A stretch of 64,000 nt of DNA from Verrucomicrobiota bacterium (GTDB taxonomy: Bacteria; Verrucomicrobiota; Verrucomicrobiia; Limisphaerales; AAA164-E04), in contig CP170459.1 of NCBI GenBank assembly GCA_047947115.1, positions 2,880,001 through 2,944,000 on the forward strand, written 5' to 3'. A program made the translations under genes and the position numbers. Under the pieces are notes generated by a model. That model was given only the letters and a program-made list of their open reading frames with translations. It was not told the origin of the DNA and ran no database searches. Below are positions 31,782-44,278 of this stretch, in pieces. Numbering within the stretch: the stretch's first letter is position 1; each line of letters begins with the position of its first letter.

Positions 31782-33011
31782 ATGTGGCTGCGTTTAATTG
31801 CTTTTTTAATGAGTTTCATCGTTTCAGGTTCGATCCATGCCCAGGATACGATTCCATCCATGGCTGAGGCAGGATTGCCTGTTTTTTTGCCTGCAGGTTT
31901 GTCAAATGAAAGGTCGCGTCAGATTTGGGAGTCAACCTGTCGGGAGCAGGTTCTCGCGGCTTTTGAAACCTACGTTTATGGAAAGGCCCCTGAAGGCGGC
32001 TACACCTTGGGTTTTGATCGGATCGAATCATCGTCCAGGCAACCAAAGTTAAACGCAGAGCGTCGGCGAATGGTTGTGAACATTCAAACCGATCGAGGCA
32101 TGGCCTCGATCAAAGTGACCCTCTTTTTGCCTTTGGAACACTCAGGTTCGGTGCCGGTGTTTTTGGGGATGCATTTATTTGATTCTTCGAGAGAGCTTCC
32201 GGTGATCGGGCAACCGTGGGCGCACCCAACCGATTCGACGTCCACTTTGGCTTCGGAGGATCCCTCTGTGCTGCTGCGTATGATCCTCAACCGCGGGTAC
32301 GGATTTGCAACCATCGACGCCAACGATGTGGATCCGGATGAACATGATGGATTCAAGAATGGCGTACACGCACTCTTCCATGACGAAACGCAACGGCATG
32401 CTCCTGATGACTGGGGGACTCTGGCTGCCTGGGCCTGGGGATTGAGTCGTGCTCTGGATGCCTTGGAAAGGGAAGAGGATGTGGATGCGTCGAAAGTGGC
32501 TGTGATAGGTCATTCACGCATGGGTAAAGCGGCTTTGTGGGCCGGGGCGTTGGATTCCAGATTTGCGATGGTGATTTCCAATGATTCGGGTTGTGGAGGC
32601 GCCGCGATCAGTCGACGTCAGACAGGGGAAACGGTGGCACATATCAATCGCGTCTTTCCTCACTGGTTCTGCGGGCATTTTCATGCCTTTGGTGACAGGG
32701 AACAAGCTTTGTCTGTCGATCAGCACATGCTGATTGCATTGGCGGCTCCAAGGCCTGTTTACGTGGCCAGTGCCGAAGAGGATGCGTGGGCTGATCCAAG
32801 AGGTGAGTTTCTGTCGGCTTTTTATGCTTCGGAAGTTTACCGGTACTATGGGCTGAGCGGATTGCATCCCGACGAACGGCCATTGATGAACCAATCGATC
32901 GGTGACAGAGTTGGGTATCACATTCGGTCGGGCAGGCATGATATCACTGCCTTTGATTGGAAATGCTATCTTGATTTTGCCGATCGGCATTTTTTGGGTA
33001 AGCAGCCTTGA
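31782..33011 (+). CDS. CE15 family glucuronoyl esterase-like alpha/beta hydrolase
   Basis: Signal peptide, WAWGLSRALD, GHSRMGK nucleophile motif, SGCGG, DQH, WADP, GRHD. Confidence 0.88.
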   Translation: MWLRLIAFLMSFIVSGSIHAQDTIPSMAEAGLPVFLPAGLSNERSRQIWESTCREQVLAAFETYVYGKAPEGGYTLGFDRIESSSRQPKLNAERRRMVVNIQTDRGMASIKVTLFLPLEHSGSVPVFLGMHLFDSSRELPVIGQPWAHPTDSTSTLASEDPSVLLRMILNRGYGFATIDANDVDPDEHDGFKNGVHALFHDETQRHAPDDWGTLAAWAWGLSRALDALEREEDVDASKVAVIGHSRMGKAALWAGALDSRFAMVISNDSGCGGAAISRRQTGETVAHINRVFPHWFCGHFHAFGDREQALSVDQHMLIALAAPRPVYVASAEEDAWADPRGEFLSAFYASEVYRYYGLSGLHPDERPLMNQSIGDRVGYHIRSGRHDITAFDWKCYLDFADRHFLGKQP

Positions 33012-33042
33012 CGTTTTTTCCCGGTTTCGGGTCAATGCACCT

Positions 33043-34752
33043 ATGCCGTTTGTTTCTCGAAGAAAGTTTCTGGATCGTAGTTTGAAGGGTGGCCTGGCTG
33101 CCGGTGTGACCGGTGATCTTTGGAATGCCCGTCTGCATGCCGAACCTGCTGCCAAAGACGTCTCCGCCGACATTGCCATCATCGGCGGCAGTCTGGGTGG
33201 ATGTGCGGCTGCTCTGGCTGCTTTAAGGATGGGGCACCGAGTGGTGATGACGGAGGAGACTGACTGGATTGGCGGGCAGTTGACCTCTCAAGGAGTGCCG
33301 CCTGATGAGCATCGCTGGATCGAATCTTTTGGTGCCAATGCTTCCTATCGTGAACTTCGTCGCAGGATTCGGGACTATTACCGTCAACATTATCCGTTGA
33401 CACATGCCCAGAGAACAAAATGGGATTTAAATCCCGGTGCCGGCTCGGTTTCTCGCTTGTGTCATGAACCCCGGGTTGCTCTCGCCGTGCTCAGGGATTG
33501 GTTGGCTCCTTATTTAAGTTCCGGTCAGTTGATCCTATGGACCCAGCACCGGCCTGTTGGCGCTGAGCTTGACGGGGATGAGGTAAGTTCTGTTGAAATG
33601 GAGAGCATCCGTTCAGGACAACATCGCAACATACGGGCCAAGGTGTTTTTGGACGCCACGGAGTTGGGTGATTTGTTGCCTCTGGCCAAGACCGAGTATG
33701 TTACCGGAGCGGAATCCCGGCAACAAACCGGCGAACTCCACGCCAGCGCCATGGCAGGTCCGGACAATGAACAGGCTTTCACCATGTGTTTTGCCATGGA
33801 TTATCTGGAAGGGGAGGATCATACGATTGAGCGTCCCGACCAGTATGATTTCTGGCGGGACTATGTTCCATCCATCCATCCGGCCTGGCCTGGGAAATGG
33901 CTGGATTGGACCTATACTCATCCCCGCAGTCTTGAACCCAGGCGGTTGGGATTCAATCCAGCCAATGGTCCGTTCAAGGGAGTCATCAACCTTTGGTCTT
34001 ACCGACGGATCGCGGCTCGATCCAATTTCGAACCTGGAACCTATCGTAGTGACATCAGTCTGGTGAACTGGCCGCAGAACGATTATTTGCTGGGTTCAAT
34101 TGTGGATGTTACGCAGGAGACATTAGACCGACATGTCAGAAGCGCCAAACAGTTGAGTTTGTCCATGCTTTACTGGATGCAGACAGAGGCTCCACGTCAT
34201 GATGATGGTCAGGGGTATCCCGGATTGAGATTGCGGCCTGATGTGATGGGAACCGAAGATGGTTTGGCAAAATATCCTTATGTCAGAGAATCACGTCGGA
34301 TTCAGGCAGAATACACGGTCACCGAAAAGGATTGTGGGCTCGAGCAACGCATGCAGATTACCGGAGCGGACCGACATTCGGTGCGTGCGGCTGAGTATGA
34401 AGACTCGGTGGGGCTGGGAAGTTACGCGATTGATCTGCATCCCTCTACAGGCGGGGATAATTACATTGATTTTGAATCGTTGCCTTTTCAGATTCCTCTG
34501 GGAGCCTTGATTCCACAGCGTGTTCGGAATTTGATTCCAGCTTGCAAGAACATCGGTTCAACTCATGTGACCAACGGTTGTTATCGATTGCATCCCGTGG
34601 AGTGGGGGATTGGGGAAGCGGCGGGCATTCTGGCTGCTCAAATGAAGCAGACCGGAGAACCCTCGCAGGCCATTCGAAATCAACCCAGGTTGTTCGCCGC
34701 TTACCGTTCCCGTTTGATTCAACAAGGTGTTGAGTTGAAGTGGCCGTTTTGA
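33043..34752 (+). CDS. Tat-exported FAD-dependent oxidoreductase
   Basis: SRRKFL Tat motif, IIGGSLGG, IGGQLTSQ, DATELGD, YVRESRR, YRLHPVEW. Confidence 0.88.
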   Translation: MPFVSRRKFLDRSLKGGLAAGVTGDLWNARLHAEPAAKDVSADIAIIGGSLGGCAAALAALRMGHRVVMTEETDWIGGQLTSQGVPPDEHRWIESFGANASYRELRRRIRDYYRQHYPLTHAQRTKWDLNPGAGSVSRLCHEPRVALAVLRDWLAPYLSSGQLILWTQHRPVGAELDGDEVSSVEMESIRSGQHRNIRAKVFLDATELGDLLPLAKTEYVTGAESRQQTGELHASAMAGPDNEQAFTMCFAMDYLEGEDHTIERPDQYDFWRDYVPSIHPAWPGKWLDWTYTHPRSLEPRRLGFNPANGPFKGVINLWSYRRIAARSNFEPGTYRSDISLVNWPQNDYLLGSIVDVTQETLDRHVRSAKQLSLSMLYWMQTEAPRHDDGQGYPGLRLRPDVMGTEDGLAKYPYVRESRRIQAEYTVTEKDCGLEQRMQITGADRHSVRAAEYEDSVGLGSYAIDLHPSTGGDNYIDFESLPFQIPLGALIPQRVRNLIPACKNIGSTHVTNGCYRLHPVEWGIGEAAGILAAQMKQTGEPSQAIRNQPRLFAAYRSRLIQQGVELKWPF

Positions 34753-34774
34753 TTTTTCGAGGGCATGTTTTATT

Positions 34775-34800
34775 AACCACGGAGAGCAGAGAGGACAGAG
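34775..34800. repeat. Possible single arm of a short intergenic REP-like element
   Basis: AACCACGGAGAGCAGAGAGGACAGAG shows roughly 9-nt internal periodicity, the same architecture as the element at 44065. No partner arm seen. Confidence 0.35.
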
Positions 34801-34864
34801 TTTGTCCCTATTCAAAATTCCAATCGTTGGGATGATTGACTGCGAAGTTTAGTGATACTGACAT

Positions 34865-35512
34865 ATGAACGAACAAGAAGTACAGGATCTAAGGAGAAAT
34901 TATACCATGGGGGATCTGGATGAGTCATCAGTGGCTCATGATCCGGTCGATCAGTTTGGGCTGTGGTTTGAGCAGGCGTGCAAAGCGCAGTTGCTTGAGC
35001 CGAATGCGATGAGTCTGGCCACTTCCACGCCGGAAGGACAGACTTCCATTCGAACCGTTTTGTTAAAAGGCTATGGCAAGGATGGGTTTAACTTCTTCAC
35101 CAACATGGAAAGCAATAAGGCCCTGGAGATTGGATCGAATCCAAATGTATCCCTGCTTTTCCCGTGGCTGGCTTTGGAACGTCAGGTGATCATCAACGGA
35201 ACTGCGGAGTCCATGGGACGGGCGGAGGTCTTGAAATATTTCGTAACACGGCCGGTGGACAGTCAAATCGGGGCTTGGGCGTCCAATCAGAGCCGTATCA
35301 TTACCACGCGCAAGATTCTCGAGATGAAATTTGATGAATTGAAGCGCAAGTTTGCCGACGGCAAGGTACCTTTGCCCTCTTTTTGGGGAGGATTTCGTGT
35401 GGTTCCACGGACGGTTGAGTTCTGGCAGGGCCGACCGAGTCGATTGCATGATCGGATTCGATACTCGCTTAATGAGCAGGGTAAATGGCAACGGGCTCGA
35501 TTGGCGCCGTGA
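34865..35512 (+). CDS. pdxH: Pyridoxamine 5'-phosphate oxidase
   Basis: RTVLLK, FFTN..S.K, RQV, EFWQGRPSRLHDR, RLAP. Confidence 0.97.
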   Translation: MNEQEVQDLRRNYTMGDLDESSVAHDPVDQFGLWFEQACKAQLLEPNAMSLATSTPEGQTSIRTVLLKGYGKDGFNFFTNMESNKALEIGSNPNVSLLFPWLALERQVIINGTAESMGRAEVLKYFVTRPVDSQIGAWASNQSRIITTRKILEMKFDELKRKFADGKVPLPSFWGGFRVVPRTVEFWQGRPSRLHDRIRYSLNEQGKWQRARLAP

Positions 35513-35680
35513 TGAAATGGTGGATCATGGCTTCTGGATGCACCTGTTTTTGCCGGAAGTATTACATGCATTCAGTAGCCGTTTCACAGGCACTCCTGGA
35601 AGGTTCAGGACTCCGGTTTGTCGGGGAACTGCCTTAAATTGCATGGACTAGCGGACCGGGAATGCGCCACTCTCCAGAAG

Positions 35681-36679
35681 TTATTTTGACATCTCGAGCA
35701 TGCGCTCAATGGGGAGTCGGGCTCGTTCCAAGGTTGCCTTGGGCATCATGACTTCGGGGGTTTTGTGGAGCATGCAGGCGTGCAATTTTTCGAGTGAGTT
35801 CATTTTCATGAATTTGCACTCGTTGCATGCGCAGTTGTCCGTTGGAGCCGCAATGAATTCTTTGTCCGGACACTCTCTCTTGAGCCGGTGAAGCATACCG
35901 GCTTCCGTGGCGATGATGAAGGCGGTGGCCGGGTTATCTCGACAGAACCCGACCATTTTTTCGGTGGAGCATATTTCGTCCGCCAGTAGTCGGACTGCCT
36001 TGGTACATTCGGGATGTGCCACGAGTGGCGCCTCAGGATATTTCTCACGAATGGCAAGGATGCTGTCTGCAGTGAATTCCACGTGCGCGTAACAGTTGCC
36101 TTTCCAAAGCTTCATCGGGCGATCGGTCTGCTCCATAACCCACGACCCCAGGTTTTCATCGGGTACAAACAGCAGTTCGCGGTCTTTGGGGGCGGCCTCA
36201 ACGATTTTCATCGCATTGCCGCTGGTGCAGATGACATCACTCAGCGCTTTGACATCCGCACTGCAGTTGATGTAGGCGATGGTGTAAATGCCTGGATTGG
36301 CATCCTGAAACGCCTTCAACTGTTCGGCTGGACAGCTTTCCTCAAGGGAACAGCCGGCGTCACGGTCCGGCAATAACACCAGTTTGTCCGGGTTGAGTAT
36401 TTTGGCGGTTTCGGCCATGAAATGGACACCACAGAAAACGATGACATCCGCATCTGTCTCCGCTGCTATCCGAGCGAGTCCGAGCGAGTCGCCCACGTAA
36501 TCGGCAAGGTCTTGAATCTCCGGGATCTGGTAATTATGAGCCAGCAATACCGCGTTCAGCTCCTTCTTGAGTCGCAGGATTTCCTTGGAAAGCGGATCGA
36601 GCGGGCGTGCCGTTTCAGGTTTACGCGCCTCGTTTTCCGTTCCTTCTCGCAATGATATGTGCACCAGAGTGTCACTCAT
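35681..36679 (-). CDS. nadA: Quinolinate synthase
   Basis: LAHNYQ, FCGVHFMAE, AGCSL, YINCS, CYAH, HPEC, CKFM. Confidence 0.97.
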   Translation of the reverse strand: MSDTLVHISLREGTENEARKPETARPLDPLSKEILRLKKELNAVLLAHNYQIPEIQDLADYVGDSLGLARIAAETDADVIVFCGVHFMAETAKILNPDKLVLLPDRDAGCSLEESCPAEQLKAFQDANPGIYTIAYINCSADVKALSDVICTSGNAMKIVEAAPKDRELLFVPDENLGSWVMEQTDRPMKLWKGNCYAHVEFTADSILAIREKYPEAPLVAHPECTKAVRLLADEICSTEKMVGFCRDNPATAFIIATEAGMLHRLKRECPDKEFIAAPTDNCACNECKFMKMNSLEKLHACMLHKTPEVMMPKATLERARLPIERMLEMSK

Positions 36680-36868
36680 GCGTCGAATCTAGGATGTTCG
36701 GAGGTTTTGAGCAATAGCGTATATGGAGAGCGTTTTCTTTTTACACGGGATTAACAGGTTTTTTTGATTGATCGATCGATTTTCCTGCCGAATCGAAACG
36801 ACCTTGGTTTAAACCTTCGTTTTCTTGCTCATCTTAAACAAGCTGCTGGAAAATGGTGCCACCAGGCA

Positions 36869-39106
<2,238 letters not shown>

Positions 39107-39295
39107 AATTCCTCATGTTGGAAACCCTTTTCTGTTTGAGCAACACAACCAGCCGAAACCGGTATTCCATATGGTGGAGGAGGGTGGGGCGGTCAGAGGG
39201 TGACGCTTTTTCGTCATGAAATATTACTTCCTTTCAGCCCGGCATTGCAAATTGCCGAGTATGTTTTTTAATCAGAGCATCTTTAATAAGTCAGA

Positions 39296-42200
39296 ATGAA
39301 AACAAACCGAATTTATCATCATGTCGGTCGGTCTGCCTCAGTTCTTTTGTCGGGGCTGATGATCGGGAATGCAGCCGATTACGTTAATACGCAACTGGAG
39401 TCCAGGACGGATTTGCCGCCATTCGAATACATGGCAGCACCGGCGCCTTTGCCAAATTATACACCCAATGCCCGTTGGGGAACGCAAGGGGATCCCATCA
39501 CCACGATGCAGATTCCGCTATCTCCTGAGGCCTCCATGGAGCACATGGTGACTTTTCGGGATTTTGACATCTCTCTTTTCGCCGCCGAACCGCAGGTCGT
39601 CAAACCCCTCTGGCTGGCGTTTGATCCAAAGGGGCGTCTCTGGATTGCCGAGTCGGTGGATTACCCCAATGAAATGCAGCCGGAAGGACAGGGTCGGGAT
39701 CGATTGAAGATCGTGGAGGATACCGATGGTGACGGCAAAGCGGATAAGTTCACCACTTTTGTCGATAAGTTAAGCATCCCCACCAGTTTCGTTTTCGCCG
39801 ACGGAGGTGTGATCGTGGTTCACTCAGGGCGAACCGAGTTTTTCAAAGACACCGATGGAGATGACAAGGCTGACGAAAGCAAGGTGCTGTTCGAAGGATG
39901 GGGCACGCGAGACACTCACGCGGCCGAGAGCAATCTGCGCTATGGTTTTGACAACTGGATATGGGGGACGGTGGGTTACTCCGGTTTTGAAGGAACTGTT
40001 GGCGGCAAGGAACTGCGATTCGGGCAGGGAATCTTCCGTTTCAAACCGGACGGCTCCGAACTCGAGTTCATTCGTTCCAGCAATAATAATACCTGGGGGC
40101 TTGGTTTGACCGAGGACAACATCATCATCGGATCCACCGCGAACGGTAATGCCAGTATGTATATGCCGATTCCCAATCGTTACTATGAAGCCGTGAATGG
40201 CTGGTCCGCCGCTCGTTTGGAATCCATTGCCACCAGTCAAAGAATTTTTCCCATTACGGACAAAGTCAGGCAAGTGGATTGGCATAACCAGTACACTGCC
40301 GGTTCCGGAAGCGCCATCTACACCGCCCGAAGTTTTCCAAGAAAATTTTGGAACAGTGCCCAGTTTGTGGCTGAACCGACCGGCCATCTGCTGGGCTTGT
40401 TTTTCCTGGAACGACAGGGAGCCGATTTTGTCGCTCAGAATGCTCGAAACCTTTTGGCCAGTGATGATGAATGGACCTCGCCCATTTATGCCGAAGTCGG
40501 TCCGGATGGTGCGTTGTGGGTGGTGGACTGGTACAATTACATCATCCAACACAACCCGACTCCGAACGGGTTCGATAACGGAAAAGGCAACGCTTACGAA
40601 ACACCGCTGCGGGACAAAACGCACGGACGCATTTACCGTGTGGCCTATACACGGGGAGAGCCTTCCGATACTCCCACACTCGATGCCTCCAATCCGGCAA
40701 CTCTTGTTGCCGCGCTCAAAAATGACAACATGCTTTGGCGAACCCATGCCCAGGCAACGTTGGTTGGCCGAGGGCAAAAGGATGTCGTGCCTCAACTTGT
40801 CGACTTGATTCGGGATCCTTCCGTAGACGCCTTGGGATTGAATCCAGCCGCCATTCACGCTTTGTGGACTTTGAAAGGGTTGGGAGCTCTGGATGGTGAC
40901 GGCCAGGTTGCCACCCGTGCGGCCATGTCAGCTTTGAAACATCCTTCCCCTGCGGTACGTCGTGCCGCTGTGATGACGCTACCGAGAAATCAAGGCACAT
41001 TGAACGCACTGATGGAAGGCGGGTTGTTGGAAGATATTGATGCACAGGTTCGCTTGGCTACCTTGTTGGCTTTGGCTGAATTGCCGGCAAGTGACACCGC
41101 CGGCAAGGCCATATACGCCGCGATCAAGCAGGATCGAAATGCGGAAGATCGTTGGCTGCCCGATGCTGTGACTACCGCCGCGGCAAAGAATGATTCCTCA
41201 TTTATCCGCTCTGTCTTGACCGGTGCGCGTGCCGGGAATGTTGATGAGGCTGCTCTTGTTTTGAGCGGCAGCACGGGCGATGTGCTTCGCGTGGTGGTGA
41301 TTCATTATGCGCAGCGCGGCCCCACAGAAAGTATCGTTTCGACTTTGACGTCGTTAAAGGGTGTGGAGCCGGATGTGGCGACTGCTGTGTTGGACGGCCT
41401 GATGGACGGTTGGCCCGCTGAGACCCCTCCGTCCCTTTCAGCCTCGGACAAGCGTCAACTCGAGGACGTCATGGATGCTTTGCCGGAAAGTGTTCGTGAT
41501 CGCCTGCTCAGTCTCGGGGAACGCTGGAATGTGCCGGGGTTGTTCGACGGTCGCATGGATGCCGTCATCGCCTCATTGAAGGGTCAGGTGGACAACGCAG
41601 CCGCCGGCGATGCCCAACGGGCAGCTGCCGCACAGCGCTGGATCGGCTTGAAGGATAATCGTGAAACGGCGGATGCGATTCTGAAGCACATCACGCTGCT
41701 CGCATCACCCACCTTGTCTTCCGGATTGGTGAGCGCTTTGGGGTCAAGTCGAGATGAAACGCTTGGGGATGCGATCCTCGAACATTGGAATGATTATACA
41801 CCCTCAGTCCGGCGCGCAGCCATCAGTGTGATGCTGCGCCGCTCCGATTGGGCCTTGTCCCTGTTGCAATCGGTTCAGGACGGGAAAATCGCCCGCACGG
41901 ACATTCCGCCCGAGTATTGGACCCAGTTGCGCCAGCATCCCAATCGGCGAGTGGCCGGTCGTGCCTTTCGTCTCGCGCAGGAAAGCGCCACCGTCTCGGC
42001 GGACCGCGCCGAAGTTGTTGCCAAGATGCTGCCTTTGGCCAAGCAAAAGGGGGATGCTGAACGGGGCAAAGAGGTATACGAGTTGAACTGCTCGATCTGT
42101 CATAAATTCAACGGAGCAGGTGGCGTGGTGGGGCCTGAATTGACTGGTATCGCCGCCAGAGATCGCTCCGATATCCTCTTGGAAATTCTCGATCCCAACC

Positions 42201-42460
42201 GTTCGGTGGAAGCCAACTACCGTCTTTGGAATGTGACGACGAAGGATGGGGATACCTATTCCGGGCGTCTGGAAGCCGAAACACAAACCACGGTCGAAAT
42301 TCTTGACGTAGCCGCCCAGAAGCATGTGATCCAACGCAAAGACATTCAGTCCTTATCAGCCTCACCCATGTCGATCATGCCTGTCGGGTTTGAGGCATTG
42401 CCGGAAGAGGATCTTAAGGGACTTCTGGAATACCTGGCTCAACCCCATGAGCAACATTAA
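39296..42460 (+). CDS. PVC-type membrane-bound dehydrogenase / heme-binding CxxCH protein
   Basis: N-terminal propeller (FAAEP, DTDGDGKAD, NTWG, VGPDGALW), HEAT-like repeats, then CSICH, GPEL, ILDPN and SIMP. Confidence 0.9.
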   Translation: MKTNRIYHHVGRSASVLLSGLMIGNAADYVNTQLESRTDLPPFEYMAAPAPLPNYTPNARWGTQGDPITTMQIPLSPEASMEHMVTFRDFDISLFAAEPQVVKPLWLAFDPKGRLWIAESVDYPNEMQPEGQGRDRLKIVEDTDGDGKADKFTTFVDKLSIPTSFVFADGGVIVVHSGRTEFFKDTDGDDKADESKVLFEGWGTRDTHAAESNLRYGFDNWIWGTVGYSGFEGTVGGKELRFGQGIFRFKPDGSELEFIRSSNNNTWGLGLTEDNIIIGSTANGNASMYMPIPNRYYEAVNGWSAARLESIATSQRIFPITDKVRQVDWHNQYTAGSGSAIYTARSFPRKFWNSAQFVAEPTGHLLGLFFLERQGADFVAQNARNLLASDDEWTSPIYAEVGPDGALWVVDWYNYIIQHNPTPNGFDNGKGNAYETPLRDKTHGRIYRVAYTRGEPSDTPTLDASNPATLVAALKNDNMLWRTHAQATLVGRGQKDVVPQLVDLIRDPSVDALGLNPAAIHALWTLKGLGALDGDGQVATRAAMSALKHPSPAVRRAAVMTLPRNQGTLNALMEGGLLEDIDAQVRLATLLALAELPASDTAGKAIYAAIKQDRNAEDRWLPDAVTTAAAKNDSSFIRSVLTGARAGNVDEAALVLSGSTGDVLRVVVIHYAQRGPTESIVSTLTSLKGVEPDVATAVLDGLMDGWPAETPPSLSASDKRQLEDVMDALPESVRDRLLSLGERWNVPGLFDGRMDAVIASLKGQVDNAAAGDAQRAAAAQRWIGLKDNRETADAILKHITLLASPTLSSGLVSALGSSRDETLGDAILEHWNDYTPSVRRAAISVMLRRSDWALSLLQSVQDGKIARTDIPPEYWTQLRQHPNRRVAGRAFRLAQESATVSADRAEVVAKMLPLAKQKGDAERGKEVYELNCSICHKFNGAGGVVGPELTGIAARDRSDILLEILDPNRSVEANYRLWNVTTKDGDTYSGRLEAETQTTVEILDVAAQKHVIQRKDIQSLSASPMSIMPVGFEALPEEDLKGLLEYLAQPHEQH

Positions 42461-42480
42461 AAGATGTAACCTTCCATAGT

Positions 42481-42524
42481 GGAACTTGCCTCTTCCGTCG
42501 TACAAACTGGAAGGGGCGGGTTCC
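42481..42524 (+). terminator. 16-bp hairpin after the heme-binding protein gene
   Basis: GGAACTTGCCTCTTCC pairs with GGAAGGGGCGGGTTCC (three G-U pairs); no U-tract. Confidence 0.45.
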
Positions 42525-42793
42525 GTGTGCTCTCGAGTCTCTTCAGGGGAACCCATCCTGATCAAATGCCACGGAAAGGGGGGCAAACGGGGCATTTTCA
42601 TTGCGTAGCGACGGTTGTTCGCATGCTCTGAGGTTTGATGTGGCGTTCGGATGGATCATGGGGGGCTTGTCCGTCTAAAATGACAATAAATGGGGCAACT
42701 TGATTGGACAATGTCTTGTTATTTGCCATCGGATTCTTTTTGATGACCGTTCAATAGACGCTAAAACCAGCGTTTGAATTGGATCATCTGATT

Positions 42794-44044
42794 ATGTTGA
42801 AGCTTGAGAAATATTCTATCGGGGTGGGGGATCGCTTCGCCCACCAAGCCAAGGCCCAACTAAGGGCTTGCCAAATGTTGCAGGAACAGGGCGTTGAAGT
42901 GGCCCCTGTCTGGAACAAGTCCAACCGTGAGCATTCCTTCATCGGATCCGAACCCGCCTCGGTTCAGAAGGCAGCCAAGGCGGCGGTGGAGGCTTTGGGA
43001 TGGAAGGGGAGCTGGCATGTGGATGCGGACCATATCGGAATGAAAACGGTGGATCGTTACATGGATTGCGCCGATTTCTATACCATTGATGTCGCGGATT
43101 TCATTGGCCAGGAAACGCCTGGCCCCATCATTGAGGATTTTGTCAAAAGCCATCCAGAGTTGATTGGATCGATCAGTATTCCAGGCATCGATGAACCTCT
43201 TGAAATTACCGAAGAAGAATTGGCACGCGTGGCCAATCAATACCTGCTTGCCGTGCAGGAAGCCACCAATGTTTACCATTACATTGTCGAGAAAAAGGAA
43301 CATGACGATTTTGTGGCCGAGGTGTCCATGGATGAAACGGATAACCCTCAGAGGCCTCATGAGCTGTTGATCATTCTGGCGGCTATGGCTGATGAGGATA
43401 TTCCGGTTCAAACCATCGCACCCAAATTTACCGGTCGATTCAACAAAGGTGTGGATTACGTGGGGGACCTGGCCCAGTTTGAAAAGGAGTTCAACGATGA
43501 TCTGGCGGTGATCGCGTATGCCATTGAGAAATATGGATTGCCGGAAGACCTCAAACTCAGTGTTCACAGTGGCAGCGATAAATTCAGTCTTTACCCCATC
43601 ATTCGAAAAGCCCTTCAACGAACCGGCGCCGGAGTCCACCTGAAAACGGCAGGGACCACCTGGCTGGAAGAAATGATCGGGTTGTCCGAAGCCGGTGGAG
43701 ATGGTTTGGCCTTGGCCAAGGAGATATACGCTTATGCCCTCGAAAACGTGGATGACCTTTGTGCTCCTTATGCAGCAGTCATTGACATTGATCGATCACA
43801 ATTGCCATCTGCCGAAACGGTGAATGGATGGAGCGGGGAACAATTGGCAAATGCTTTGCGGCATATCCAGGATCATCCCGAGTTCAATGCGAACATCCGT
43901 CAGTTGATTCACATCTCCTTCAAAGTGGCAGCCAAAGCCGGGGATCGTTACTTGAATCTGCTCAAGTCCAATGAGGAGATCGTCGGCAAGAATGTGACTG
44001 AGAACATTTTTGATCGCCATTTGAAGCCGTTGTTTCTCGGGTAA
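42794..44044 (+). CDS. uxaE: Tagaturonate/fructuronate epimerase UxaE family
   Basis: SIGVGDRF, HVDADH, EVSMDET, KGVDY, SVHSGSDKF, HLKTAGTTWLEE. Confidence 0.9.
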   Translation: MLKLEKYSIGVGDRFAHQAKAQLRACQMLQEQGVEVAPVWNKSNREHSFIGSEPASVQKAAKAAVEALGWKGSWHVDADHIGMKTVDRYMDCADFYTIDVADFIGQETPGPIIEDFVKSHPELIGSISIPGIDEPLEITEEELARVANQYLLAVQEATNVYHYIVEKKEHDDFVAEVSMDETDNPQRPHELLIILAAMADEDIPVQTIAPKFTGRFNKGVDYVGDLAQFEKEFNDDLAVIAYAIEKYGLPEDLKLSVHSGSDKFSLYPIIRKALQRTGAGVHLKTAGTTWLEEMIGLSEAGGDGLALAKEIYAYALENVDDLCAPYAAVIDIDRSQLPSAETVNGWSGEQLANALRHIQDHPEFNANIRQLIHISFKVAAKAGDRYLNLLKSNEEIVGKNVTENIFDRHLKPLFLG

Positions 44045-44064
44045 GCCGTAACCATTCAATTACA

Positions 44065-44215
44065 ATCCACAGATTTACGCAGATGAACGCAGATGTTAGC
44101 TGCGGAAGCAGATTTTACTACTTCAAACTGATTCCCCGAATAGTGATTCAAACAATAACCGCCAAACGTATCCATCTTCCTTCCAAATCTGCGTAAATCT
44201 GCGACATCTGCGGAT
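44065..44215. repeat. MITE/REP-like element with imperfect terminal inverted repeats
   Basis: Left arm ATCCACAGATTTACGCAGATGAACGCAGAT (44065-44094); reverse complement of the right arm ATCCGCAGATGTCGCAGATTTACGCAGAT (44187-44215). Confidence 0.78.
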
Positions 44216-44278
44216 AAACTGCTTAGATACAGCCAGGACAACTGGTGGGAACAGACAAATCCTGATCACATACGACTC

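Noticed and set aside
39824..40858. 344-aa antisense ORF, and similar ones at 42860..43639 and 44792..45661
   Set aside because: All lie fully opposite well-supported genes and lack motifs.
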